Notes under the pieces: generated by a model
What the model saw: the letters and a program-made list of their open reading frames with translations, nothing else
The model's database searches: none
What the model was told of the DNA's origin: nothing
In this document: piece after piece, positions 47,086-56,759 of the stretch
Layout of the letters: each line of letters begins with the position of its first letter
Position numbering within the stretch: the stretch's first letter is position 1
Program-made: the position numbers and the translations under genes
DNA from: a virus
Reading direction: 5' to 3' (one strand)
Virus genome (UHGV): UHGV-0305822
Length of the DNA: 64,000 bases

Positions 47086-48459
47086 TTACTCCTCGTCTAA
47101 CTCGGTGTACCATTTCGCTTTCCGAGACAGGATACGATATTCTACGTTGTCGTATTCAAACACCCAGAAGTAGTTATCAGGGTCGGCCTCATCGACCAGT
47201 TTTACAACATCTAAGCTGGTTTGATACGGGTGGTATTCTTCCGCAGCAATAAGTGCCTGGAAGAATAACGCCAACCATTCGGTCGTTGTTTTCGACATAC
47301 GCGCAATATCAGGGTTAGTCGTCGCAATTAACGCATAATCCGGGATAGTTTCGTGTAAGGTCGCTTTCCGTGTATCGTTTTCCGGCCCACTGATTACAAC
47401 ACAGTTTAATGATTTATAAACTGTTGGTAAGTCAGTTACGTCTGTTGTAGGTTTACTGATCGTTTTAGTATTTCTTTCTGCTACCGTCTGGTCTGCCCAT
47501 TCTCCAAACCGACTGATAGCTTTGACCCAGAAATCATATGGAAGGATGGGGGAATAAAGCGCCGCCACATCTTCCTCATTGGGTATCCCACGAATTTTCC
47601 ATCCAGGGACAATTGTAAATTTCGTGGTAGTGAAAATTTCGGGAAATACTTTTACCCCGATAGGGACAGTAAAGCTAGAATTAGCGAGAATATGTTCTCG
47701 CAACGCTTGCTTTATTTTCGTTGGGTTTTTTCCCGCACGTCCGTAGATAATAACCGACATTGGGACAACTAGGGTAGACTCGTAGTTTTCTTGATCGTGC
47801 CAAGTATAGTAGTTGGTTTGGATGGCGGTATAAGGAAACCCTGCCATTAACTCATTGATTTTCTTATGGTGTTCGGTAAGGTTAAACCCTTCCATCGCCT
47901 TTTCAACGACTGACTTGGTCGACAAAAATGTGTCGATTGGTGAAATCGGCATCTGTACTTCGATTTCGAACCCTGTGTAATCTTGATCGAAGTCTTCATC
48001 CGAGAACCAAACAATGATCTGATTATCTACATCAGTGTCATCTTGTACTTGATCTGCCGTTACTTCATATTTCCAGCTCACCCAACGTGGGAACCAGTTA
48101 CTGTTCGTCTGTATCATCGCACCAGACTGAACACCAGAAATGGTTGATTGGAATTGGCCTAATAACAGGCGCTGGAATTCGAGTTCGTCATTTCTCAGAT
48201 TCCCCAAGATGGCTTGCTGGTAAATCCATTGAGAAACGGTTAGAATATGATCAGAAAATTCGGCTGGTACAACAACCGTCTGTTTTTCTCGTTTAGACGT
48301 AAAAGTCACCAATTGAACTTGCAAATTGGTTTTAGTAAACGTCTGTTTACTCTTCGCGTACGAGAGTGTCAAATCCGACAGCTCGCCCACCGGAGCGGTG
48401 ACGCCGTCCTGATTGTCAAACAGTGCCGGTATCTGAATAAAACCTTGTAAGTCTAACAT
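47086..48459 (-). CDS. hypothetical protein (457 aa)
   Basis: Long minus-strand ORF, 3 nt from downstream gene; no motif recognised. Confidence 0.55.
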   Translation of the reverse strand: MLDLQGFIQIPALFDNQDGVTAPVGELSDLTLSYAKSKQTFTKTNLQVQLVTFTSKREKQTVVVPAEFSDHILTVSQWIYQQAILGNLRNDELEFQRLLLGQFQSTISGVQSGAMIQTNSNWFPRWVSWKYEVTADQVQDDTDVDNQIIVWFSDEDFDQDYTGFEIEVQMPISPIDTFLSTKSVVEKAMEGFNLTEHHKKINELMAGFPYTAIQTNYYTWHDQENYESTLVVPMSVIIYGRAGKNPTKIKQALREHILANSSFTVPIGVKVFPEIFTTTKFTIVPGWKIRGIPNEEDVAALYSPILPYDFWVKAISRFGEWADQTVAERNTKTISKPTTDVTDLPTVYKSLNCVVISGPENDTRKATLHETIPDYALIATTNPDIARMSKTTTEWLALFFQALIAAEEYHPYQTSLDVVKLVDEADPDNYFWVFEYDNVEYRILSRKAKWYTELDEE

Positions 48460-48484
48460 AATTAAAAATACTCCGAGGTGAGCA

Positions 48485-48988
48485 ATGGGTTCATTTTTTA
48501 AAGTGCTTCCGTTCTTCCTTCAGATGTTAATGGAAGCATTTAAACCAGGAGAAGGAGAAAACGTATCAAGAGCAAGCAAGATAATGACTTTAATCATCAC
48601 GATCTTGTTGTCGTATTCTGGCTTCGTCTCCTACGCCTATGTACAACAGTTTCACGCGCTCGTTGCAGTGCAGTCTCATGACACTTATATGTCGCAGTCT
48701 TACCAAGAGATGAAACAAGATCGAGATAAACTAAAAGAAGATAATGGGAAGTTATACGACAGGCTCTTCGTTTGCCTCGGCCAGAAACCGCCATATGAAA
48801 GCACGTTTAATTCATCGAAAGCGAGCGGTACGGCGAAGGATCTGTCTTCGACAAAACCAGAAACTCCTGTTAATCCAGCTTCAACACCAGAACAACGTAA
48901 AGAGGCTTCGGCGAGACCTGTTGGCAATTTAAATGCGAACAGCTTTCGACAGGAGATCATAAAGACGCTAACGTCTTCTAAGGAGTGA
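48485..48988 (+). CDS. membrane-anchored protein (167 aa)
   Basis: Internal hydrophobic segment IMTLIITILLSYSGFVSYAYV; charged/low-complexity C-terminus. Confidence 0.5.
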   Translation: MGSFFKVLPFFLQMLMEAFKPGEGENVSRASKIMTLIITILLSYSGFVSYAYVQQFHALVAVQSHDTYMSQSYQEMKQDRDKLKEDNGKLYDRLFVCLGQKPPYESTFNSSKASGTAKDLSSTKPETPVNPASTPEQRKEASARPVGNLNANSFRQEIIKTLTSSKE

Positions 48989-48991
48989 TTG

Positions 48992-49447
48992 ATGAAAATG
49001 CTGTTATTCATCATGATGGTGTTCGTGGGGTTGGTGAGTAATAGCTACGGCGACGAAGTTAAACGTCCAGCTTATAGGCCACTGGAACTTCCTCCTACAC
49101 CGCCAATAATGGTGAATTGGAAAATTGACAATAACGCAATGCGTGAGTATGTTGCGGACGTCAACACCTATGCTTACTACGTTTATGTCTACACCCGAAA
49201 TTTAAACCAACAAGCCGTTAAACGTGGCTGGAGCCCACCAATGCTGGCTCCACTTTGTGAGCGTTATGAGTTACCGAAGTTACATGTTGTACCCGAACGC
49301 TTATCTCTTGACGAAAGCTCTTTAACGCCCCAGGAGATTAGCCGTGACCTATCGCGTAAACTCAATAATTTGTTGTGGAATTACCGTTCCGACCGTCAGA
49401 CACTACTCGATTCGTACAACCAATACTTGACATCGTGTTTGTACTGA
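48992..49447 (+). CDS. secreted protein (signal peptide), 151 aa
   Basis: MKMLLFIMMVFVGLVSNSYG signal-like N-terminus without lipobox Cys; ATG at 48992. Confidence 0.5.
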   Translation: MKMLLFIMMVFVGLVSNSYGDEVKRPAYRPLELPPTPPIMVNWKIDNNAMREYVADVNTYAYYVYVYTRNLNQQAVKRGWSPPMLAPLCERYELPKLHVVPERLSLDESSLTPQEISRDLSRKLNNLLWNYRSDRQTLLDSYNQYLTSCLY

Positions 49448-49451
49448 CACC

Positions 49452-49493
49452 CCCTCCTGTACCCATTCGTGGTACAGGAGGGTCTTTCTTTTT
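49452..49493 (+). terminator. rho-independent terminator
   Basis: Stem CCCTCCTGTACC / GGTACAGGAGGG followed by TCTTTCTTTTT. Confidence 0.65.
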
Positions 49494-49537
49494 AACGTTT
49501 GTAACTATTTTAATGTAGACTAACAGGAGAATTCAAC

Positions 49538-50272
49538 ATGACCTACCCAAAAATTGTCACCCCGTACACCCCGACGCTGGTTATTGGCGCTGATGCTGAA
49601 ACCAAATCATTACGTCCCGATGCTTATCTGTTAAGTGCGGGTTTAGTGGCTTTTGACGTCCCTACATTGAAAATGGTAGGTTCCTCATACATCAGGATCG
49701 ATCCTAACGATCCTAAAGCAAAAGCCATTTTCCACGAAGACCCACAAACCGTTGGTTGGTGGGAAGGTAAAGGCGAACCCGAATACGCACCGTCTCGTGA
49801 AGCCTATGCGGAAGCGTGGGGTGGGACGACAGCATTGCCAGACGCGCTCTGGGCGATGCAAAAATGGCTCGGGGAGATCACCGCAAAACATGAGTTTGTG
49901 ATTACCATGCGTGGCCCTGACTTCGATGCGCCGATTTTCATGAACGCATTCGCACAATGTGATATTCCGCCAGGGAAGTTCCGTAAATTCAGTGCACTGG
50001 ATAGCGATCGTACCGCAGAACGTTTAGCCTTTGCATTTGGGTTCGAGCCTGACCTAACCGTAGAGCAAATTTACTGGACACGCGGTAAGCCCGCTTTTGA
50101 GCACCACGCAATGTGGGATGCAGCAAAAGAAGCCTACACCACGGCACGTATTTACCACCTCGCTTTGGTCACTCGCCAATACGGGTTTGAACGCGCCAAA
50201 GCCTGTCACGAAGAACTGAAAACGGGCGAGTATGTTGCGCCGCAGATTCGTGATCAATTAACCAGGGATTAA
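49538..50272 (+). CDS. DEDDh-type 3'-5' exonuclease (DnaQ-like) candidate
   Basis: VIGADAETKSL (DxE Exo I motif) and HHAMWDA (H-x4-D Exo III motif). Confidence 0.55.
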   Translation: MTYPKIVTPYTPTLVIGADAETKSLRPDAYLLSAGLVAFDVPTLKMVGSSYIRIDPNDPKAKAIFHEDPQTVGWWEGKGEPEYAPSREAYAEAWGGTTALPDALWAMQKWLGEITAKHEFVITMRGPDFDAPIFMNAFAQCDIPPGKFRKFSALDSDRTAERLAFAFGFEPDLTVEQIYWTRGKPAFEHHAMWDAAKEAYTTARIYHLALVTRQYGFERAKACHEELKTGEYVAPQIRDQLTRD

Positions 50273-50274
50273 GA

Positions 50275-51795
50275 ATGAAGAACGTTGATGTTGCAGTAAT
50301 TTACACGGATGGTAGCCATTTGACCTCCCCGCTCGGTACAGGAGCGGGGATTCATGGATACTTATTTAATCGTGAAGCGATTGAGGATGGTCGGGTTTAC
50401 CGCCATCCCTCTATTCCCGAGGGGATTACGACGTCAGGATACCGCCAGATAAACAAGGATGAAAAACTTCCACCTTTACCAGAAACCGTGGAGTTTATTG
50501 ACGGCGTTGTGCCTGTACCAAAAATGTCACACTCCGACGTTGCAGAACTCGTGGCTTTCCTGACCGTCTTCGAACACGCACCTTTCGTTGCCAAAAACTA
50601 TGTTATCTATATCGATGCCTCTTACGTTGTCAACACGTATAACGATTGGATTGATGGTTGGGCTGCACGCGGCTGGCGTCGTGCAGACGGTACGCCTATT
50701 GCGAACTTGGAATTAATCCAACGGATGTGGGAAGTTAAACAGCGGTTAAAGAAAGAAGGGAAAGGTATCCGTGTCCTTAAAATTAAAGGGCATTCAGGAC
50801 GCTATGGAAACGAGCGTGCCGACGAGTTAGCACGGAAAGGTTCAAGTATTTCGGCTCGAGGTGATGGGTTAGACTATACACCGTATTGGTCAAAAGACGA
50901 GATGCCTGAGGAAGAACAGCAACCAGAAGTTGTTGGTGAAGGTGTCAATTTGTCTGCTTTTCCCGATATCTGTGTTACGAAGTTCTGTTACCCGATGGTG
51001 AACGAACCGCATCCCACTGTTACAGTTAACGGTAATAAACTTTATTACATGTTCGGTGGGAACCATGCAAAACAGAAGGACGATATCGTCTTCGTTGGTA
51101 AGTACATTCCAGATGCACAATTCTGCGTAATGTTTACCAAAGAACCATGGAACAACGTATACGAGTTGGTAAATACCCACTCTGCGAAAGCGTGGGAAGG
51201 GGTGCCCCGTTTACGTCAGTTTGATCCCATCGCCGTTGTTTTTAACTTATTCGTAAAACGTAAGAAGTTCGCAGAAGCCGCAGGTAACGGTATTCCTGTC
51301 GATCGGATGCATTTTAGCGAAGACAAAAACCTGTGGATGTTTGAAGATCTTTCGATTACACGAATTCTTCGTCCCGCGTTATTGTCTTATCGCTGCATTA
51401 CGATTCGTGATGAGCTTGCAGGTTGGTTACGCGATGCCATGGAGGGGAAAAACTCAGTCGTAATGAACGACATTACTGACCTGCTTTACGATGAGAAAGG
51501 TAAGCCGAAGAAAGACTTTTATCGTAACGTAGATAAAGGTTTTGACGTAACCATCCATATCCCTGGTAGCAAAAACAAGGTTAAAACCATCCTTACTCGA
51601 GGTATCGACATACCGACGCGTACGGAAATCAACCGTATGAAAGAACCAGAAGGACGATTCTACGTGGCGGTAAGGCGTCCAGAACGGCAGTATATCGAAT
51701 ATGCGTTGGTTTATATTGGGGAAAAATATCATGGGTTGTGGTGTGGCTATTATTCAAACAAACGAATATTGACGGATAAGGAGCTTGAATGCTGA
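50275..51795 (+). CDS. RNase HI domain fused to ~310-aa C-terminal domain of unknown function
   Basis: VAVIYTDGS; DVAELVAFL; IDASYVVNTYNDWIDGWAARGWRRADGTPIAN; KGHSGRYGNERADELARKG all parallel E. coli RNase HI motifs (TDGS; NN.MEL.A; TDSQYV..GI..W...W..RGW.TA; KGH.G...NE..DELA). Confidence 0.75.
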   Translation: MKNVDVAVIYTDGSHLTSPLGTGAGIHGYLFNREAIEDGRVYRHPSIPEGITTSGYRQINKDEKLPPLPETVEFIDGVVPVPKMSHSDVAELVAFLTVFEHAPFVAKNYVIYIDASYVVNTYNDWIDGWAARGWRRADGTPIANLELIQRMWEVKQRLKKEGKGIRVLKIKGHSGRYGNERADELARKGSSISARGDGLDYTPYWSKDEMPEEEQQPEVVGEGVNLSAFPDICVTKFCYPMVNEPHPTVTVNGNKLYYMFGGNHAKQKDDIVFVGKYIPDAQFCVMFTKEPWNNVYELVNTHSAKAWEGVPRLRQFDPIAVVFNLFVKRKKFAEAAGNGIPVDRMHFSEDKNLWMFEDLSITRILRPALLSYRCITIRDELAGWLRDAMEGKNSVVMNDITDLLYDEKGKPKKDFYRNVDKGFDVTIHIPGSKNKVKTILTRGIDIPTRTEINRMKEPEGRFYVAVRRPERQYIEYALVYIGEKYHGLWCGYYSNKRILTDKELEC

Positions 51796-52457
51796 TCGTT
51801 TATAGTGAGGTCTTGTCAAAAGCCCCTCGGTTTTTACAAACTCACTTTATGTATAACGCACGGCAGTATTGGGGCTTTAAAGCCCCTTACTCCGAAGATT
51901 GGGAAGTTGTGGAAAAGTTAGCATTTGTGTTTTCTCTTTCGTTGTTGTGGGAGATCATTGCACTATACAACGCAGGTTGTGATATCCCGGAGAACGGCTT
52001 TTTCCAACAACACCTATTCCAAAAATTCACAGCATCGGTAGAAAATCATGAAGTGCGCAAGGAGTGTATCGGCTACGCCGAGCATTCTGAAGAATTGAGA
52101 AAGATTTCCAAATTAGTTATCACGCGGACATGGGCTGAATTCGAAACTTACCCCGAAAAAATAATTTGGTTTAATCGTGAACAGTTTATTAAAGAGGCAG
52201 TCAGTCAACATCCCGTTCGATTAATCGTGTTAAAGCCGTCCGATCTCGCCTTACGCCACACCTATTCGTCTCCAGAGGAAATCGTTTTTTCCTCTGGAAC
52301 AACAGATTATGGTATTTTTAAACAAGGAGATTCTTGGATTCTTCCACACGATTTAGACGGGTATTTGCTCAGTAGCGATCAAATACATTCGGGTTATGAC
52401 TCACAGGTGAAGGAGTTTACAGTCGATCCTTTTTTCGCTAAAAATATTCTTAGATAG
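51789..52457 (+). CDS. hypothetical protein (222 aa)
   Basis: ATG overlapping upstream stop. Confidence 0.5.
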   Translation: MLIVYSEVLSKAPRFLQTHFMYNARQYWGFKAPYSEDWEVVEKLAFVFSLSLLWEIIALYNAGCDIPENGFFQQHLFQKFTASVENHEVRKECIGYAEHSEELRKISKLVITRTWAEFETYPEKIIWFNREQFIKEAVSQHPVRLIVLKPSDLALRHTYSSPEEIVFSSGTTDYGIFKQGDSWILPHDLDGYLLSSDQIHSGYDSQVKEFTVDPFFAKNILR

Positions 52458-52493
52458 ATATTATCCAGGTGTAACACCATTGGAGTTATTAAA

Positions 52494-53231
52494 ATGCTAA
52501 AAGTTTATGTCCCTCAATTACAACGTATCAATCCCTCGTTGTTCGAGGGAATCTTTTATAAAATTTGGCCGCAATACTTCAATGAACATTTGAAGGACCC
52601 AAAGTGGTCAACCGTACAAGGAGAATTCTTTTATACCGCACAGACTGCCTGCACAAACGTCTTTACTCGTCTCATCGCTGAAGTTATTGAGGGCGTCAAT
52701 ACCAACCGAAACTTTGACCTTCGCGACGTCATAATAGATCTCTCAGGGGTCTTCGATAACTACGATTGTGATGACGCCGTATTCGAGCATTTCTCTTCTG
52801 AGGATGTCTGGGAAGCCGTTTATCAATGGCTAGAATACTACGTGAACTTTCTACTCTCTCCAGAGATGTTAGAAAGTTTCAATAAAGCACTCTACCCCAT
52901 TTATAACGACTTAATGAACGTTAAACGGACAAAGAACCTCGTCGGTTTCTGGTTTTCGATTTACGACGCCGAAAGCAGATTGTGGGAAAAAGAAATGATT
53001 GCTTTTGGTATCGAGCGCGGTGATTACGACGAATTGTATCGCGGTTATTGGCCCTTCGATCATCGTGAAAACAGTTGTCAAGGCAATCCGTACTTGTGGT
53101 CTTTTTATTTCTGTAATCAGACTGGTGTTATTTATCTTGAAGACGCTGGCGTACAAATCCCTAACGGTGCTGACGTAACATACTGCCAGTTACGTAAAGA
53201 CCGTGACGACATCATTTATCAGGGCTATTAA
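52494..53231 (+). CDS. hypothetical protein (245 aa)
   Basis: ATG after GGAGTTATTAAA. Confidence 0.5.
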   Translation: MLKVYVPQLQRINPSLFEGIFYKIWPQYFNEHLKDPKWSTVQGEFFYTAQTACTNVFTRLIAEVIEGVNTNRNFDLRDVIIDLSGVFDNYDCDDAVFEHFSSEDVWEAVYQWLEYYVNFLLSPEMLESFNKALYPIYNDLMNVKRTKNLVGFWFSIYDAESRLWEKEMIAFGIERGDYDELYRGYWPFDHRENSCQGNPYLWSFYFCNQTGVIYLEDAGVQIPNGADVTYCQLRKDRDDIIYQGY

Positions 53232-53232
53232 C

Positions 53233-53775
53233 ATGAAAATACTTATCGATTTCTCACTCAGTGAGTCACGGGGCAAATTAAACAAACTGTTAAGTGGGAT
53301 GCGTAGCCGCGTTGCGTTTGAACTGCACGACGCGATAGCAGTACATGAGAACAAGATTTCTGAAGAACACAGTGGGGTCGAAATTACTATCCTGGATTCA
53401 GAAGCGATGGTGAATAATCTCATTGAACAGTTAGAGCGAAAAATCCATTCGGCCATGACATACCCACATTTGGTGCGGGTAACTGATCCCGATACGGATA
53501 TTCACCTGATTCTTGAGAAAGCCTTTCTACATGCCGCGCATTACTTACAGAATAATGCTCCAGATACCCTCGATGAAGTGTATGTCGCCATATTGCAGCG
53601 ACAATCTTCAACGACGGATATAATAGACACAACGTGTTGGAGCGATATTCTTACCAACGAAACAATGTCCCGTATCCGGGATATTTTCCTTGAGACACTC
53701 GGGTTAGTTGAGAAAATCTGCCATGCCGAGCTCATCTACCTGTCATCAAAATACGGTCAACCTAAAGGAGTATAA
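53233..53775 (+). CDS. hypothetical protein (~180 aa)
   Basis: In-frame ATG right after upstream stop (ORF track start 53203 overlaps previous gene). Confidence 0.5.
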   Translation: MKILIDFSLSESRGKLNKLLSGMRSRVAFELHDAIAVHENKISEEHSGVEITILDSEAMVNNLIEQLERKIHSAMTYPHLVRVTDPDTDIHLILEKAFLHAAHYLQNNAPDTLDEVYVAILQRQSSTTDIIDTTCWSDILTNETMSRIRDIFLETLGLVEKICHAELIYLSSKYGQPKGV

Positions 53776-53777
53776 TC

Positions 53778-54302
53778 GTGGATATTTTAATTCAGCTTCG
53801 TAAGAAAACAACCATTGCCACACCGATAGCGCTAGAGGAGAAAATCTCTGGCGCAGTTGCACGCAAGCTCTGTGGTGCTCATGGCTTTAGCGACCATCAG
53901 GAGCGGGTCGTTACTGTCGCCACATTACACAACTTACGTCACACAGTGCATTACTGTTTAGTTGACAACGTCACCATCACTCTTGATGATAACGTAAATG
54001 TCGACCAACTGCGACGCGAAATTGTCCACAAGATCGAGGCTTACAATAGACGTTTCGATCGGGCGTGTACGCGTTTAACTAATGACGAGGCACTACGAAA
54101 ACGTTTGAAACTTGAAATCGAATATGCAGCGCAACGATACGGGATTGGCGGTACCGAACCGTGTCTGACTGAACAAGAAATCACGTTAGCAATTGAGGTT
54201 TATACCACTCTCTGTTGCGCCATCCTAAAAGAGACCAACCACGAAATTACAAAAGCGTTGTTAAACACCGCAGACAAACTCTCCCCAATTTTAGGACAAT
54301 AA
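53778..54302 (+). CDS. hypothetical protein (174 aa)
   Basis: GTG start after AAAGGAG. Confidence 0.5.
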   Translation: MDILIQLRKKTTIATPIALEEKISGAVARKLCGAHGFSDHQERVVTVATLHNLRHTVHYCLVDNVTITLDDNVNVDQLRREIVHKIEAYNRRFDRACTRLTNDEALRKRLKLEIEYAAQRYGIGGTEPCLTEQEITLAIEVYTTLCCAILKETNHEITKALLNTADKLSPILGQ

Positions 54303-54303
54303 A

Positions 54304-54792
54304 ATGAACGTAAATGATATTATCAATCTTAGTAAAAGTGATATTGTGCACGAATTTCTCAATCACGGTGCGCGTGTAAGAAAAGAAATTGAAGAAAAGT
54401 TGACCCCAATGGTTGCTTCCACTCCTTGGATGGCAGGATACGCCGCTGCCTACTTCAGTTGCCAGAGCGGAAAAGCATACATAGCTAACCTGTTTGATTT
54501 CTTCAATCCATCAAACGACCACATAACAGAAACAGACGTTCGACAACGCCTTCGCGATTGCCGGTATCAGTTCTTAAGAAATGTTACTGATGCGTACAAT
54601 TTAGAGCAATTTCCTACACCGATTGTTCCCTATACAGAACCGGAATGGGAAAATTTTTATAGACGAATTTGGATTGGTGGGTCTTACGTGGCAGATATAA
54701 TGGAAATCATCGAACGTAGTGAAAACCAACTTGCTCTGCAACTATGGGAGTGGTTAAAAGCTAATTATCCTGATTACGTCAAAATCGACTAA
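54304..54792 (+). CDS. hypothetical protein (162 aa)
   Basis: ATG 2 nt after upstream stop. Confidence 0.5.
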   Translation: MNVNDIINLSKSDIVHEFLNHGARVRKEIEEKLTPMVASTPWMAGYAAAYFSCQSGKAYIANLFDFFNPSNDHITETDVRQRLRDCRYQFLRNVTDAYNLEQFPTPIVPYTEPEWENFYRRIWIGGSYVADIMEIIERSENQLALQLWEWLKANYPDYVKID

Positions 54793-54798
54793 TACACA

Positions 54799-54829
54799 CC
54801 CTAGCTTCGGCTAGGGTTACTTTATTTTT
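54799..54829 (+). terminator. rho-independent terminator
   Basis: Stem CCCTAGC / GCTAGGG, loop TTCG, then TTACTTTATTTTT. Confidence 0.6.
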
Positions 54830-54851
54830 AACCATTTTAGGAGAATAAACC

Positions 54852-55778
54852 ATGTATTTGTACAAAAGTAAAAAAGTAAAAGGTATTAAAGACTGCCTTA
54901 GACAAATGGGGTCTCAGCATCTTGAAAATGTCATGGAAGAAAACCGAATAAAGGAAAATCCTGTCTCGAAATGGATAAAAAAGAATCGTAACCATTTAAC
55001 CAATGCCTTTATACCTTACGACGCTGAGTTAGGTCTCAAAGATCCCCGTTCCCTTCACGCACAAACATTGGCAATTGGATGGCTATACGGTGGTGCTTCC
55101 TTAATATCCAACCAAGCACTTAGAGAACTTGTTTTCGAGACTGAGATGCCCAGTAAATTCCCTGAAGAATGGTTGGACTTTATACCTACTTGGACTGTGG
55201 CAATCGACGTAGGTAAAGAGGATGAGACTTTCTTTCTCGGCTATCGAAAAAACGGGAAGAGAAGGTTTATCATAATTGCCACAAATACTGATTACGGGTT
55301 AACAGAAGGCGTTACCACAATTGCCACTTGTTCGTTAGAGCTTCGTAGTGCAGGGAACGGGCTTGTGGAAATCGACTATGCCGACGGTGTGGAAAACGAA
55401 CAAGAAAAGATGTTGTGGTTATCTCTGGCCAAAGCCGCCACTTCGATGATATTTCTGTGCACGCTAATCCCGCCTAACTACAGGGAGACTTTTAATGATA
55501 TTAAGTTCAAGGAAATCAAAAAGAACGGTAGTATTAGTTACGACGTTAAACCTCGTGAACGCGATGTTAAGATAGATATCACGCCAGGACAAGTGAATTA
55601 TCTAAAAGGGTTTAACACTGACTTGAAAACCATGCAGGGTATCAAACATGCTAAGGCTGCCCACATCCGTCGCGCACACTGGCGCAGATATTGGGTCGGC
55701 CCTAGAAATGGTGAAAGAAAGAGAAAACTTTGTTGGATTCCACCTACCTTTGTCCGTGGCTACGTACCCCACAATTAA
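54852..55778 (+). CDS. hypothetical protein, HIRRAHW family member 1 (308 aa)
   Basis: C-terminus AAHIRRAHWRRYWVG...WIPPTFVRGY paralogous to next gene. Confidence 0.55.
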   Translation: MYLYKSKKVKGIKDCLRQMGSQHLENVMEENRIKENPVSKWIKKNRNHLTNAFIPYDAELGLKDPRSLHAQTLAIGWLYGGASLISNQALRELVFETEMPSKFPEEWLDFIPTWTVAIDVGKEDETFFLGYRKNGKRRFIIIATNTDYGLTEGVTTIATCSLELRSAGNGLVEIDYADGVENEQEKMLWLSLAKAATSMIFLCTLIPPNYRETFNDIKFKEIKKNGSISYDVKPRERDVKIDITPGQVNYLKGFNTDLKTMQGIKHAKAAHIRRAHWRRYWVGPRNGERKRKLCWIPPTFVRGYVPHN

Positions 55779-55802
55779 GCTAAAGTGTTTAGGAGTATTA
55801 AA

Positions 55803-56702
55803 ATGACAACGAATAATAGACTTTACGGGAAAGCGCTAAGACGCATGAGTGAACAAATAGAAAAGGCACACCAAACAATTCACGGATTAGATCAGTGTCG
55901 CTTTATTCGGTTCATTAACGAGCATAAACGTCAAATACCCGTAACGTTTATGCCAGTTAAAGATCCGACCTATCGTGAGTATGGCGTTACCGAACAGATT
56001 CCCAGACTGATTAAGCAGTCTCTGGGACTAGGATGGCAATACGCTGCTGTTGAAATCATCTCGGATGAAGAACTGATGGCGCTCTTAGCAAAAACTGAGA
56101 GACTAAAAAATATCCCGTACTTCTGGATAGAAACCATCCCTTCATTTACTTTCTCGGTTACTGTAAATCTCGACGAATGTCCAATCACGTTATTTATCGG
56201 AAGACGTCTTTACGAAGGTGAAGAAGTTCTCTTTGTGATGTCATGCGAAGAACATGACGAGTCGGTATACATGGAGTTTGAGATTTACACGATCGATAAA
56301 AGTAATGATGATTTCGTGGAGTTAAAGCCGCTCCTTACTTCGGTTAAGGAGAATCAACGACTACTCGACGCCGTCTATATCGGGCTATATCTTTCATCAC
56401 GAATTAAGCGAACCGAACGCGAGAAGAAAGAATTTCGCGGAAGGTCCATTCGTTATGTTCCTGATACAGAAATTCGCCCACGTAGTGAAGCAGTCGTTTT
56501 AGATGTAAGTCCGGTACAATGGGAAGATATAGAGCAGCAACGCAAGGAAGGACACGAGGTTTGTTTGGCGATTTATTGTGCCGCACATATCCGTCGTGCG
56601 CATTGGAAGCGTGTATGGTGTGGTAAAATGTCAGAAATGCGCTGGCGCGAATGGCGATGGATAGCGCCGAGTTACATTTCTGGATTTTATCGTGGGAAAT
56701 AA
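55803..56702 (+). CDS. hypothetical protein, HIRRAHW family member 2 (~300 aa)
   Basis: C-terminus AAHIRRAHWKRVWCG...WIAPSYISGF; ATG at 55803 after TTAGGAGTATTAAA. Confidence 0.55.
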   Translation: MTTNNRLYGKALRRMSEQIEKAHQTIHGLDQCRFIRFINEHKRQIPVTFMPVKDPTYREYGVTEQIPRLIKQSLGLGWQYAAVEIISDEELMALLAKTERLKNIPYFWIETIPSFTFSVTVNLDECPITLFIGRRLYEGEEVLFVMSCEEHDESVYMEFEIYTIDKSNDDFVELKPLLTSVKENQRLLDAVYIGLYLSSRIKRTEREKKEFRGRSIRYVPDTEIRPRSEAVVLDVSPVQWEDIEQQRKEGHEVCLAIYCAAHIRRAHWKRVWCGKMSEMRWREWRWIAPSYISGFYRGK

Positions 56703-56710
56703 ATAGTTTA

Positions 56711-56759
56711 CCCCTAGACCGTGTGGTCTAGGGGTAACTTTACTTTTTTTTATTTTTTG
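56711..56759. terminator. bidirectional terminator
   Basis: Stem CCCCTAGACC / GGTCTAGGGG, loop GTGT, then TTTACTTTTTTTTTATTTTTT; between convergent genes. Confidence 0.65.

Noticed and set aside
48485-49447. Possible i-spanin/o-spanin pair (membrane protein followed by exported protein)
   Set aside because: The second protein has a signal peptide but no lipobox Cys, and the first has its TM segment internal rather than N-terminal; does not fit the spanin architecture.
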